From: Cycas panzhihuaensis
Lineage: Eukaryota; Plantae; Cycadophyta
Length of the DNA: 64,000 nt
Direction of reading: 5' to 3'
Assembly: GCA_023213395.1 (NCBI GenBank)
Contig: CM041465.1
Location: 151,287,741-151,351,740, forward strand
Shown here: piece by piece, positions 63,701-64,000 of the stretch
Position numbering within the stretch: the first letter of the stretch is position 1
Layout: every line of letters starts with the position of its first letter
Notes under the pieces: generated by a model
What the model was told of the DNA's origin: nothing
Database searches by the model: none
Seen by the model: only the letters and a program-made list of their open reading frames with translations
Translations under genes and position numbers: made by a program

Positions 63701-64000
63701 CAAAAGGAGAACAATTTTTCAAGAACAAGATGAAGTATCAAGACTGAATCCTTGGCAAAGATTACAAATAGTAAAGGATCTACTAATAGAATTGCGAATC
63801 ACCATCCCAATTGTGGTGGTATTTAATTGGTAGGAAGGTGGGTATTTCAAGCAAGTGATTTTGGACCACATTGAAAAGCTAGTGTTGAGGGCTTTAAAAA
63901 CAGATGTAGTCGATCCTCGAGTTGTGATGAACATTTTTGGAAGGACCATCTGCAAAACCATTGTAGATGGGGGGTCAGGGGTGAACATTCTACCAAAAGC
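60787..64000 (+). mobile_element. Ty3/Gypsy element (5' LTR, gag, start of protease) in the DnaJ intron; runs off the window
   Basis: Putative LTR TGTAGT...ACTACA at 60787-61301 followed by TGG at 61304. gag FDGFGDPRDHL...TWDQIQIQFLDRF...QFQGESVSDF...YFVQGL (62350-62725), CCHC knuckles, and protease IVDGGSGVNILP at 63960-63996. Confidence 0.85.
60869..61045 (+). repeat. 31-bp tandem repeat (~5.5 copies) with palindromic core GGTTGCAACC
   Basis: Unit approximately ggttgcaaccatagattgcaaacagaaccca. Confidence 0.9.

Overview
AT-rich eukaryotic nuclear DNA, almost certainly from a large-genome land plant (gymnosperm- or fern-like; inferred from element types and pervasive C>T/G>A decay). About 55 kb is a multi-level nest of decayed retroelements. 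It contains Ty1/Copia elements, two RNase H-bearing L1 LINEs with TSDs, gag-only non-autonomous LTR elements (one inside a family member), Ty3/Gypsy remnants and a CpG-intact 2.6-kb insertion of unknown type. From about 55.2 kb the DNA is gene-like: a 5' region with a strong hairpin, the first coding exon of a DnaJ-domain gene (59072-59314), and a Gypsy element in the following intron. The most notable feature is a pol-less LTR element (1893-7029, with a second partial copy at 1-1200). It carries an intronless tandem-BRCT module of the At4g02110 type, in frame with an unknown ORF that runs to the PPT. All identifications are by eye, without database searches.
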